Of a stretch of 64,000 bases of DNA, positions 24,516 through 36,236 are shown one piece after another (the stretch's first letter is position 1; each line of letters opens with the position of its first letter). Under the pieces are notes generated by a model. It made no database searches. It was not told the origin of the DNA and worked only from the letters and a program-made list of their open reading frames with translations. The position numbers were made by a program, and so were the translations under genes. Source of the stretch: Macrostomum lignano (taxonomy: Eukaryota); NCBI GenBank assembly GCA_002269645.1, contig NIVC01000650.1:124001-188000 (forward strand), given 5' to 3'.

Positions 24516-25089
24516 TGTCTGAATCTAACGAAAGGAACCGAACCAAAAACAATCAAAACGCATGGTATATATATGCGTTTATGAATAAATAAATATATAT
24601 GTATTTTTATTATTTATTTAGTCGCACACACAACAAAAAACTGCATTACATAAGTTGTCAGTAATTTTATGTTAACCAAGTAATATTAAACCAACAAGCT
24701 ATTAAGCACGGTCCAGCTAATGGAAAAAGATACCCTAGATTATCGATTCTATATTACTAAAGTATTTAACTGTCACTCACACAAAAATGCTGGCTGCATA
24801 AGAAAGACTTCAGATAATGACAACTGACTGTCGGTCGATACACGCGAAAAATGAAGCAACCATATTCTGGCACACTTTTAAAGGAAGTTAAAAAAGGTTA
24901 TTCAGGTATTGCATGGGCAGTACAAAATTCAATTGGGTTGACAATATGGACTATAGTTATCAACAATCGGTTTAGAAATGCCCTGTTTTTCAGTTTATTT
25001 CTGGGCAGATAGGAAAGGCTGTCATGAAATTGGGACTTAAAAAGTTTTCGGATAGAAAATTTAGATGCAGAGTGGAACTTGTAGATTTG

Positions 25090-26735
25090 TGATTGTAATT
25101 CAGATTCAGAATGGAAATCATCAGATTCAGGATGGAAATCATGAGGTTCAGGCTAAAGAACATCAGCTTCAGGATAGAAATCATGAGCTTCAGGATGGAA
25201 ATCGTAAGCTTCAGGATGGAAATCATGAGCGTCAGGATGGAAATCATAAGCTTCAGGATGGAAATCATGAGCTTCAGGATGGAAATCGTAAGCTTCAGGA
25301 TGGAAATCATGAGCGTCAGGATGGAAATCATAAGCTTCAGGATGGAAATCATGAGCTTTAGGATGGAAATCGTGAGCTTCAGGATGGAAATAATAAGCTT
25401 CAGGATGGAAAACGTGAGCTTCAGGATGGAAATAATAAGCTTCAGGATAGAAATAATAAGCTTCAGGATGGAAATCATTATATTCAGGATGGAAATCATG
25501 AGCTTCAGGGTGGAAATAATCAACTTCCGGATAGAAATCATAAGGTTCAGGATGGAAATCATGATATTCAGGATGGAAATCATGAGCTTCAGGATGGAAA
25601 TCATGAGCTTCAGGATGGAAATAATAAGCTTCAGGATGGATACCATTATATTCAGGGTGGAAATCATGAGCTTCAGGATGGAAATAATAAGCTTCAGGAT
25701 GGAAATCATGAGCGTCAGGATGGAAATCATGAGCGTCAGGATGGAAATCATAAGCTTCAGGATGGAAATCGTAAGCTTCAGGATGGAAATCATGAGCGTC
25801 AGGATGGAAATCATAAGCTTCAGGATGGAAATCATGAGCTTCAGGATGGAAATCGTAAGCTTCAGGATGGAAATCATCAGATTCAGGATGGAAATCATGA
25901 GGTTCAGGCTAAAGAACATCAGCTTCAGGATAGAAATCATGAGCTTCAGGATGGAAATCGTAAGCTTCAGGATGGAAATCATGAGCGTCAGGATGGAAAT
26001 CATAAGCTTCAGGATGGAAATCATGAGCTTCAGGATGGAAATCGTAAGCTTCAGGATGGAAATCATGAGCGTCAGGATGGAAATCATAAGCTTCAGGATG
26101 AAAATCATGAGCTTCAGGATGGAAATCGTGAGCTTCAGGATGGAAATAATAAGCTTCAGGATGGAAAACGTGAGCTTCAGGATGGAAATCATAAGCTTCA
26201 GGATGGAAATCATGAGCTTCAGGGTGGAAATAATCAACTTCCGGATGGAAATCATAAGCTTCAGGATGGAAATAATAAGCTTCAGGATGGATATCATTAT
26301 ATTCAGGGTGGAAATTATGAGCTTCAGGATGGAAATCATGAGCTTCAGGATGGAAATAATAAGCTTCAGGATGGAAATCGTGAGCTTCAGGATGGAAATC
26401 ATGAGCTTCAGGATAGAAATCATGAGCTTCAGGATGGAAATAATAAGCTTCAGGATGGAAATCGTGAGCTTCAGGATGGAAATAATAAGCTTCAGGATGG
26501 AAATAATAAGCTTCAGGATGGAAATCATTATATTCAGGATGGAAATAATAAGCTTCAGGATGGAAATCATTATATTCAGGATGGAAATCATGAGCTTCAG
26601 GGTGGAAATAATCAACTTCCGGATGGAAATCATAAGGTTCAGGATGGAAATCATGATATTCAGGATGGAAATCATGAGCTTCAGGGTGGAAATAATCAAC
26701 TTCCGGATGGAAATCATAAGCTTCAGGATGGAAAT
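25090..26735. repeat. 21-bp minisatellite (AGGATGGAAATCATGAGCTTC)
   Basis: Tandem array; period divisible by 3 explains the 559 and 575 aa ORFs. Confidence 0.96.
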
Positions 26736-26762
26736 TCGAAAAGAGCTTAAAGAGTCCCCGAG

Positions 26763-27683
26763 CTACAGAAATCTGCCAGCATCCTCCTGAATCCGAGCCC
26801 GCCGGTCCTTGAACAGCTGCGAGTCCGGATCACCGGCGGGGTCCCGGCACACGGCCAACTTCCGGTCGATGAGCCGCAGGGCTTCCGAAGCGCCACCTCC
26901 GCCGCCCTCGGCAACGGGGAAATCCCGAAGCAGTTGGCGAATTCTTGTCATCAGCTTGCCGCTGGAGTCGGCATCGCCGTCGCACAGCTGGCCGAGCACA
27001 AACTGGCCAGCGTCCAGGCCCAGACCTTCGGCCGAGTCAACAAACGCGGCCAGAGCGATCTGAGCAGGCGGGAACAGAAACGCCGCATCAGAGGTCAAGG
27101 ATAGAATTACAAAATCCACGGCTTTGCGACCGAGCAAATCGATGGAGCCGGGCAGGGCGGCTGCTGCTTTTAGTAGCAGGCCTTCCAGCGGACGAAATGG
27201 AGCGTGTACAATCAGGTCGAAGCCCAGCTTATCGATCAGATACAGCTCCGAGTTGAGTATAAGGTCAACGTATTTCTCTTTGTTTCTAGGAATATTCTCG
27301 GCAAACTGACCGATCGAGAGGCTGAACTCGTCCACTTTGCAGGCCAGGTACAGGCAGGTGAAAAGTACATCTCTGGGGTGCACCTCCATGGGTGAGTGGA
27401 GCAGGTAGAATCGGCGAAAATAATGAACGGCAGTGGCGGTGACAGTAGGCGGCAGGTCGGGCTTGAATGATCGACAGGTGTTGACAAGGACAGTGGCGTA
27501 CTGACTAACTAGAAGGTTGGCCTCCGCCTGGGTGAGGGCCTGCGCCTCTGCGTCAGCCGGAGACAGCTGGTGTCTGTGGGCGAAGTCGCGCACTGTTCGG
27601 GTGTGGCAGTCCTGCCGCAGCTGCTCCAGCTCGTCTGGCGACTCGAAAAGCCACCGCCGCTTCTGACTGCTCGTGCTGAACAT
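26763..27683 (-). CDS. CCNH: Cyclin H (CAK/TFIIH subunit), single coding exon, 306 aa
   Basis: Starts MFSTSSQKRRWLF, matching the cyclin H N-terminus. Cyclin box TAVHYFRRFYLLHSPMEVHPRDVLFTCLYLACKVDEF and LIVHAPFRPLEG. The upstream part of the supplied ORF is satellite. Confidence 0.93.
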   Translation of the reverse strand: MFSTSSQKRRWLFESPDELEQLRQDCHTRTVRDFAHRHQLSPADAEAQALTQAEANLLVSQYATVLVNTCRSFKPDLPPTVTATAVHYFRRFYLLHSPMEVHPRDVLFTCLYLACKVDEFSLSIGQFAENIPRNKEKYVDLILNSELYLIDKLGFDLIVHAPFRPLEGLLLKAAAALPGSIDLLGRKAVDFVILSLTSDAAFLFPPAQIALAAFVDSAEGLGLDAGQFVLGQLCDGDADSSGKLMTRIRQLLRDFPVAEGGGGGASEALRLIDRKLAVCRDPAGDPDSQLFKDRRARIQEDAGRFL

Positions 27684-27734
27684 GGGCGATGCTGTTTGAG
27701 CTGGGGCTGCGGGCTGGTGACGGGTCAGCTGTTG

Positions 27735-28375
27735 TGACACTGGCTGGCTCTGACTGACTCTGGCTGTAACAGACTGACACTGGCTGTAACAGACTGACAC
27801 TGGCTGTAACAGACTGACACTGGCTGTAACAGACTGACTCTGGCTGTAACAGACTGACTCTGGCTGTAACAGACTGACACTGGCTGATTCTGACTGACAC
27901 TGGCTGTAACAGACTGACACTGGCTGACACTGGCTGATTCTGACTGACTCTGGCTGTAACAGACTGACACTGGCTGATTCTGACTGACACTGGCTGACAC
28001 TGGCTGATTCTGACTGACTCTGGCTGTAACAGACTGACACTGGCTGATTCTGACTGACACTGGCTGTAACAGACTGACACTGGCTGTAACAGACTGACAC
28101 TGACTGTAACAGACTGACTCTGGCTGTAACAGACTGACACTGGCTGATTCTGACTGACTCTGGCTGTAAATGACTGACACTGACTGTAACAGACGGACTC
28201 TGGCTGTAAAAGACTGACTCTGGCTGTAACAGACTGACACTGGCTGTAACAGACTGACACTGACTGTAACAGACTGACACTGACTGTAACAGACTGACAC
28301 TGACTGTAACAGACTGACACTGACTGTAACAGACTGACACTGACTGTAAAAGACTGACACTGCATGTGACACTGC
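27735..28375. repeat. 20-bp minisatellite (ACTGACACTGGCTGTAACAG)
   Basis: Array ends ~50 bp upstream of the cyclin H ATG. Confidence 0.95.
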
Positions 28376-28799
28376 CTGACAAACTGACACAAGCAGACTT
28401 TTCCACAAACTGTATCTAAAATATCCTGGCACAAAAACACAGAAAGAAGGCCAAACAATCAAGTTTTGACATTATAGAAATAGAAAAACTTGCCAAAAAA
28501 CAGGCCGGGGTTTGTGTGTATTTCAGCAATGTTTTAATAAAACTTATTGAAGTCACCGAGTGTGGCACCTTGAATGATTTGAAGCCCCGAACTAAGAATG
28601 CAGCTGACTTAAATAAATTGCTTTCGTGTTATATTGTTCAATTATATTGGCTAACGCTGTCAGTGTTTGTGTTATTATTAACAAGACCTAATACAACAAT
28701 ATACATTCACTGGGATCGATATCGGTACGGTAAGTAAACTATTATTTCTACTTCTGGCTTAATGACCTGCTAAACCAGCCGTGTCAACTAGCGGAGGCT

Positions 28800-29060
28800 A
28801 TGGTTGCAATAGCTATGGTTTCAATCCTAAGGATATGGTTGCTATGCTAAGGATTTGGTTGCTATGCTAAGGATTTGGTTGCTATGCTAACAAAATGGTT
28901 GCCACGCAGACTGGTTGCTATGCAATAGCTATGGTTGCTATGCAATAGCTATGGTTGCTATGCAATAACTATGGTTGCTATGCTAAGAATAAATTTGCTA
29001 TGCTGAGTCTATGGTTTCTATGCCAAGGATATTGTTGCTATGCAGGGAATATGGTTGTTA
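28800..29060. repeat. Degenerate ~21-bp ATGGTTGCTATGC repeat downstream of the USP gene
   Basis: Same core as the USP intron satellite. Confidence 0.8.
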
Positions 29061-29270
29061 TGCGAGGGGGGGGGTAGTCGCTATGAAGAGGCTATGATGA
29101 CAGATGACAGATTTGAAAACTTTTGATTTGAGTTAGTTGTTTCAAGACAAATAAATTAATATAGCTGTGGCTACAGCCCCCAGAAAATAGGGCTAGTCAT
29201 AGTTGCGAGCTACAATTTTTGTCAAAATTGATCAAACTGGGGGAATCGTTGGCGGCAACACACGAGTTGC

Positions 29271-30446
29271 CTATTCAGTGGCCTCCCGTTTAGTCGGCGG
29301 GCAGATCATGACGGGCCTGTAGGCGTGGTGCAGCACGTAGTCGCTCACGCTTCCTATGAAGGTCCGGCGGAGCAAGCCGAGACCGCGACTGCCCATCACG
29401 ACCATGTCGGCCGAGTGCTCCTCGGCGGCGCGGCAGATGGCTTCGCCCGGCTCGCCTGACACTAGCAGGAAGCTGAAGTGGTTCATGCCCAGTTCGCGGC
29501 ACGAATCTTTCCAGCGCGACTCCATGCGCCTGGCCTCGGCAATCTGGGGGTGCAGGTTTAGCGTTGTTGCTATGCAAGGGTAAATGATTGCGATTCTGAG
29601 GTACATGGTTACCATGCTGAGGTAAATGGTTGCCATGCCGAGGTAAATGGTTGCTATGCTGGGTGGAATGGTTGCTATGCTGGGTGGAATGGTTGCTATG
29701 CAGGGGGAAACGGTTGCTATGCTGGGGGAAACGGTTGCTATGCGGGGGAAACGGTTGCTATGCTGGGGGAAACGGTTGCTATGCTGGAGAAAACGGCTGC
29801 TATGCTGGTGGAAACGGTTGCTATGCTGGGTGAAATGGTTGCTATGCAGGGGGAAATGGTTGCTATGCTGGGTGGAATGGTTGCTATGCAGGGGGAAACG
29901 GTTGCTATGCTGGGTGGAATGGTTGCTATGCTGGGTGAACGGTTGCTATGCAGGGGGAAACGGTTGCTATGCTGGGTGGAATGGTTGCTATGCTGGGGGA
30001 AACGGTTGCTATGCTGGGGGAAACTGTTGCTATGCTGGAGAAAACGGCTGCTATGCTGGTGGAAACGGTTGCTATGCTGGGTGAAATGGTTGCTACGCTA
30101 AGGAAATAGTTGCTTTACACAATATACGATTGTTATATAGACGATGCAGAGGAAGCAGTTGCTATGCAAAGTATACGGTTGCTATGCAGACGAGACACTC
30201 TCTCACCTGTTCTTCAAGCATTTCGGCGTGCTTTCTCAGAAAAGCGTCCCCGCTGTTGCTGACAGACAGGGAGCCGGGCACCGAAGGCGGCTCGATAGCG
30301 TGCACCAACAGCAGCACATCGTTGTGGCGCCGCAGCTGTTTAACGTAATAATCAAACGCCCGCTGGCAATGCTTGGAGCCGTCAATGGCTAACAGAACAA
30401 CTCGCAGCGGCTCTTCACCGGTAGTAGAAGTGGTTTGATCAGTCAT
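29271..30446 (-). CDS. Universal stress protein (USP/UspA domain), 2 exons, 170 aa
   Basis: Exons 30446-30207 (VVLLAIDGSKHCQRAFDY..LLLVHA; donor CAG/GTGAGA) and 29543-29271 (GEPGEAICRAAEEHSADMVVMGSRGLGLLRRTFIGSVSDYVLHHA), phase 0. Confidence 0.93.
29570..30190. repeat. 21-bp minisatellite (GGTTGCTATGC core) filling the USP intron
   Basis: Read directly. Confidence 0.93.
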
Positions 30447-30709
30447 GGCTAGTGGATTAACCTCGAATCCAATAACGAATCAATCGGTTAGCATGCAGTG
30501 AATAAACTATGTTAAAATCGCTGCGTTCGAAGCTGTGAAGAACGTCACGTATTTATGTTTATGGTAAAAACATATTTTACAGACATACTTCCTAATCTAA
30601 CATCTTTAAAATCAGATATAGTAATTTTCACAAGCCAAATCAAGCCTATAGTATAGGAGCAGAGGTGAAGACTGGCTTTTCATTGTGTCTATGGCCTACT
30701 TGGACTCAC

Positions 30710-30830
30710 GACTCGTGTCCTTGAGCAAGACATGCACTTAACTCTGCATTGCTTCAGTTCACCCTGCTGTAAAAATTGGTGCCAGAATTAGCTGGGGTAA
30801 TTGAGGGCGTGTGTGGCGACCCCACCCCCC
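30710..30830 (+). mobile_element. Possible SINE central-domain fragment
   Basis: GTGTCCTTGAGCAAGAC..CACTTAACTCTGCATTGCTTCAGTTCACCCTGCTGTAAA resembles CORE-like SINE domains as recalled; no search run. Confidence 0.35.
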
Positions 30831-31501
30831 CCCCCCGTCCTTGGACTGAACAGCCGTACGCAGCCTTCAGATGCGCCGCGCAATAGCTGTGGCTGAGCTG
30901 TCGGTTGCAAATCTGCCCATGAGGACAGGGCAATAAAAGTAATAAAGAAGGCCCGAGAGCCTGTGGAGCAGCCAGTCTGAGAATTTTGGCGCGCAATTAA
31001 TTCTTTCTAAAAAAACCATTTGAAATTGTTATTGTCTATGGCCCAAGGCTAGCACAACTGGCTGCTACAGAAACCCTCTACTTGGGCCATAGACAATGAA
31101 AAGCCAATCTGTTCCTAGCCTCACCTAGTTTTAAAAATACCAGTCCACTGTATTCAAAAAAGGGGCAGATATGCAGTAAATGAGAGAAACAAAGACCTTA
31201 GCTTATTTAAAGAAATGTTATAATGATTTATTTAAAAAATCAACACTAAAACCCAAATACAAATATAGAAGTTTGGCAAATCAAATTCATTCATTTCTAA
31301 TCATTTAAGACAGCCTGATTTTCTACCAAGTTGAAAATTTTCAACATTCAACAAACGTAATTTTAGAAAAGCGTCGCAAAATCACTTACAGACTACTGTA
31401 AGTAGAAGCTATGAAAAGAAATCTAGATATTCATTTTGAAAAACTGTTAACTCGAATATTAAGTCATCATTAGATTGGCAGGATAGGATAAAGATGCAAA
31501 A

Positions 31502-34500
31502 TTAGCTCCACATATTCATGTAGTGCAGACGCCAGTAGATCATGTAGTTTAGCACTAGCTCTGAAATTTTCATGGGATGCAGAGGCTTGTTTGTTACATT
31601 TGCTACTCACAGGTAAGTAAGCATCTTTTGCTTATTTTTTGCTAGCTCACTCAGCTTCTTTACACCTGACTGCTCATTCAGTCACTCAAGTCTCACCTGA
31701 CTGCTCATTCAATCACTCAAGTCTCACCTGACTGCTCATTCAATCACTCAAGTCTCACCTGACTGCTCATTCAATCACTCAAGTCTCACCTGACTGCTCA
31801 TTCAATCACTCAAGTCTCACCTGACTGCTCATTTAATCACTCAAGTCTTACCTGACTGCTCATTCGGTCACTCAAGTCTCACCTGACTGCTCATTCAATC
31901 ACTCAGTCTCACCTGACTGCTCATTCAATCACTCAGTCTCACCTGACTGCTCATTCAATCACTCAAGTCTCACCTGACTGCTCATTCAATCACTCAAGTC
32001 TCACCTGACTGCTCATTCGGTCACTCAAGTCTCACCTGACTGCTCATTTAATCACTCAGTCTCACCTGACTGCTCATTAAAAGAACGGAGACTCACTAAA
32101 AAACGATCTAACCAACGGCAGGGGAATCTCGGCCAGCCAAGCAACAATTGGCTGCACGCAGCTGTCGTGAGCCGGAGTGCGAAACGCGTACACCAGAGCT
32201 AGCGATTTCAGCCGAGCAGACCGGCAGTCTCTCTGCCGCTGAGTCAGGCACGCGGGGCTGGGCAGGCAGGCAAGCGACAGCAGATCCAGGCCAGCTGAGG
32301 CGGCCCAGGGCAGCCAGGCGGCCGGTCCCTGGCACACGTACAGGCAGGTGTGCAGCAACGGCCTGGCCGAATACAACAGCTCGGCTAAGCGAGGCCGATT
32401 CTGGCAAGTTGATGAAGCGGCGCCAGCCAGTTTCGGACAGCGGCACTGTCGAGCAGTCGTTGATTGACAGGTATCGTTTAGCACCTGGCCGCGGACTTTG
32501 ATGAGATAGAGGCGGAGCAGCAGCCTGGGTGAGTTTTTAAAAAAGGGCGGGTTCAACTGACCTAAATAAACTTAAACTCCATCAAATCCTGACCTTAATT
32601 GTCCCCTGCAACCTGACCGTAATTGACACTGCAACCTGACCTAAATTGACACTGCAACCTGACCGTAATTGACACTGCAACCTGACCTAAATTGACACTG
32701 CAACCTGACCAAAATTGACACTGCAATCTGACCTAAATTGACACTGCAATCTGACCTAAATTGACACTGCAATCTGACCTAAATTGACACTGCAACCTGA
32801 CCTAAATTGACACTGCAACCTGACCAAAATTGACACTGCAATCTGACCTAAATTGACACTGCAATCTGACCTAAATTGACACTGCAACCTGACCAAAATT
32901 GACACTGCAATCTGACCTAAATTGACACTGCAACCTGACCGTAATTGACACTGCAATCTGACCAAAATTGACACTGCAACCTGACCGTAATTGACACTGC
33001 AACCTGACCGTAATTGACACTGCAATCTGACCAAAATTGACACTGCAACCTGCAACCTGACCTTAATTGACCATGTAAACTACCCTCAGTTGACCTTAAA
33101 CCTGACCTTAATTGACCCTGTAATCAGACCCTGATTGACCCTACAAATTGACTTCAATTGACGCTAAAACCCTGAGCTTAATTGGTCATCTCGCAACTTA
33201 TTTTTATAAATTTTAACATGGCCTCAGCAAAGCGCCCTTATTTGACCTCAAATTACACCTCACCTATAAATAGAAAACAATAAACATAAGCCTACTTGAA
33301 TCCTTGCAGAAATAAAATTGAAGTCCATTTTATCTGCTTAGAGCCAAACTTGTAGGCGCAGCATTCGAGCACCACTTCAAAGACTTCAACAAACTTTTTG
33401 ATGAACTCGACAGTCTAGAACATAAAGAATCATACATGAATTGGGATTGCAAAAAATTATATGAAAGCTATTACAGAATTTAAAGAAATTATATCAAAAA
33501 GCTTACATTTCCACTTAATGTCTTTAACAACAATCCAGAATGATAATATTTCCTGATTGTAGCAGCAAAATTTCCACACGCATAGAGCACCTCGGCAAGA
33601 AAGTCGCCATGAACTTTGTAGACAGCTGTTGCAGTAAGGTTAATTTGTAAGATTAGGTTAAGCAAAAAAATCAGGTAAGAAATTACTACAATATATAGCA
33701 TGGCGCTTAAAAAGATAATGGCTATTTTTGACCAAGATGCCAGAATTTTTGGGATAACTAAGAAGCTTGTTGAGCATTGGCATTATGTTATGTTAAAGCT
33801 CAAAAGGTGGAATCCCTAATTTTCCCACTTGTGTGTTATCTTTTATCCTATCCCAGGTGCTAAAAACTCTAAAAAATGAAACTATGCTAAAATGCAATAA
33901 CTTCTGTTTTTATCTTTTGATTAATTTTTATATTTATAAATTTACAATTGAAATATACAAAACTGGAAACACTAAACTTTTTTGAGTAACAAAATTTTTA
34001 TACAAACTGCCTATGTCATCCTTTCCCTTCTCCTAGTCTTTTATACCTAATATGCAGTGGCCTAAGCCTGGCATAAGTCTAATGGTAAGAAATTTATTTT
34101 AGATGATAAAATTTCATTCCATTCTGAGTTTCGTTCCATTCTTCATTCTTCATTCTTCAATTCTGAGTGCAATTTTATTACTATCTCATTTTGCCCCCTC
34201 CCTTAGTCTATTGGCACATATGCTATGGTCTATAGACTTTGATCTAACCCTTTTGCATACTATACCATAGTCTAAATCATACTGAGTGCATTTTAAAATG
34301 CTTCAAAGCAATGCACACTGATGCAAAGTAAATACACATTGATACTGATGGTACAAACTAAATTGGGGAAATGGATACAGATATGGAATGGATTTGTATA
34401 CTAAAATACAAATACGGATGCAGATTACTATTTTGCAGAATCAATACAGATATAAATAGCAGCTGCAGAAAATCTCCAGATTTAGTTCTGTTATAACATG

Positions 34501-36236
34501 AATTTATACTCTGCTTTATTTCTGTTTCTGTTTAGGCCCTATTTGTAGGTTAATTGTTCTCCTTTAAATTTATTGTGAAATAATGATGGAAAATCATTTT
34601 CTCTGTTTTCAAAAGTAAAGCTGCTCCAAGATACACTACTGATAGTACTAAATAAGAAATTTGATTAGGTTTGAAGTTACTTTTGTCGCTAGATATAATA
34701 GAAAAATGTACATATATAACATATGTACTTCCAAGACCACAAGTGTATAAAGTTTAAGTTTGGATTCTAAATAGTTCAAGTAGATAGTTCAAGTCTAGAT
34801 TGACTAGTTTCTTGTTTTCATGTACCTGTGCCAATTGTGTAAAGTACATGTAAATCTCTTGATGATTTCCTCATTGTGATTTGTTTTTTTGAAAATAAAG
34901 ACAATTTTCCATCATTATTCACAATAAATTTAAATAAAAAAATTTATCTAAAAATTAAATAGAACTAAATATAAAGCAAAATACAAATCAATGTTTTGAC
35001 AGAACACTAAATCTAGAGATTTTCTGCATCTGCTATTTTTATTTATATTGATTCCACAAAATAGTTATCTAAATCCGTATCTACATTTTAGTATATGAAT
35101 CTGTTTGGTATCTGCATCTGTTTCCATAATTTAGTTGGTACCAATGCTGATCATAATTGCAATAATAAAGGACCTTTTTGGCTTTTTGTAGTTTTAATTT
35201 TTTATAATATGAGCTTTAATTTTAATTAAACTATCCATATAGCCTTGATGTTAATAAACTATTGATATATTGTCAATTAAATACATTTTTTATCTTCAGA
35301 AAAACTATTCTTTTAATTTATCCTCTAATTGTAAAAACATTACTGCTAATAACTTTAATGTCTATTATATATATATGCCTATTATATATATATTTTTTTA
35401 TTATATATAAATATTATATATATGCCTTGTACTAGTATACCACAATGCATATTATAAAGTAATCATACATACTGAGAATGACACTTCCTTTCAGTTACAT
35501 ATAAAGGTTGGATAGGATTGAAATCTTTGGACAGGATTGGGATTGGAAATAATTTTTTTCTTAGGATTTGGATTAGGATTGGGATTTGGGAATTGGGATC
35601 AGGTCTTTTAGTGTATTGTAGTTTGTAAGTCCATATAAAGTTAAACAAAAATTGAGTAAAAAATGTCAAGATCAAAAGTAAAACAACAAAATTAATGCAA
35701 AGTTTTGTAACAAACAAAATAATAATATAAATGAATACAAGTTAAAGCAAAATACAATCACTAATTCTATAAACTTTAGATCAAAAGACCTGTTCCTGAT
35801 TCTTGTGTTTTTTAGGGTCAGGATCCTAGTCTCGCAGGAATACAATTTTCCTCAGGATCCCTAGCCTAGGCCTAGATTTTGAGATTGGGATTGGGATCCT
35901 ATCTAACCTCTAGTTATATACAATGTATGCTGATAGGCCCCTATTTTAAAATGCACATTGTGTCATTGTGAGAAAAATTTTGGCATGCATTGTATCTTTT
36001 AGATATAGGCCTGCATATAGCAAGCAAAGCAAAAAAATTCTTACATGCATGACATATATTTGATACTGAGACAAATGGAGAAATCCCTATGGAGAATGAA
36101 TTGAGACAATTTCAGATATTTACTTACATGGAACAATAAAGCTTACAGTCTTTCCACAAAGTTCTGTCATCTTCAAAAAAAGTTCTAAACCATCTTCAGC
36201 CTTTTCATTTGGCATGGGGTTAGGTCTTCCAGCCAT
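31502..36236 (-). CDS. PEX16: Peroxisomal membrane protein PEX16 (5 exons, ~277 aa)
   Basis: Exons 36236-36128, 33625-33507 (LAEVLYACGN), 33414-33296 (EVFEVVLECCAYKFG..KWTSILFLQGFK), 32524-32097 (LAELLYSARPLLH..WLPWAASAGLDLLSL..LVYAFRTP) and 31560-31502 (LNYMIYWRLHYMNMWS*). All GT-AG and phase-consistent; total 834 nt. Matches the recalled human PEX16 motifs AEFLYIARPLLH, WKPW and YLLRSPF. Confidence 0.88.
31664..32077. repeat. 31-bp minisatellite (CTCACCTGACTGCTCATTCAATCACTCAAGT) in PEX16 intron 4
   Basis: Read directly. Confidence 0.95.
32600..33170. repeat. 23-bp minisatellite (CCTGACCTAAATTGACACTGCAA) in PEX16 intron 3
   Basis: Read directly. Confidence 0.93.
34341..35152. mobile_element. 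Old foldback/MITE: diverged ~270-bp inverted arms in PEX16 intron 1
   Basis: 34341-34614 is complementary to 34887-35152 (e.g. TAAATTTATTGTGAAATAATGATGGAAAAT vs ATTTTCCATCATTATTCACAATAAATTTA). Confidence 0.7.

Noticed and set aside
24990-26790. 559 and 575 aa ORFs as standalone genes
   Set aside because: A 21-bp period gives stop-free frames on both strands; kept only as a readthrough curiosity.
27684-28406. 241-aa N-terminal extension of cyclin H
   Set aside because: Satellite-derived; the conserved cyclin H start MFSTSSQ is at 27683.
32108-32501. Alternative-frame ORFs over PEX16 exon 4, and similar antisense ORFs over the other exons
   Set aside because: Shadow ORFs of GC-rich coding exons.
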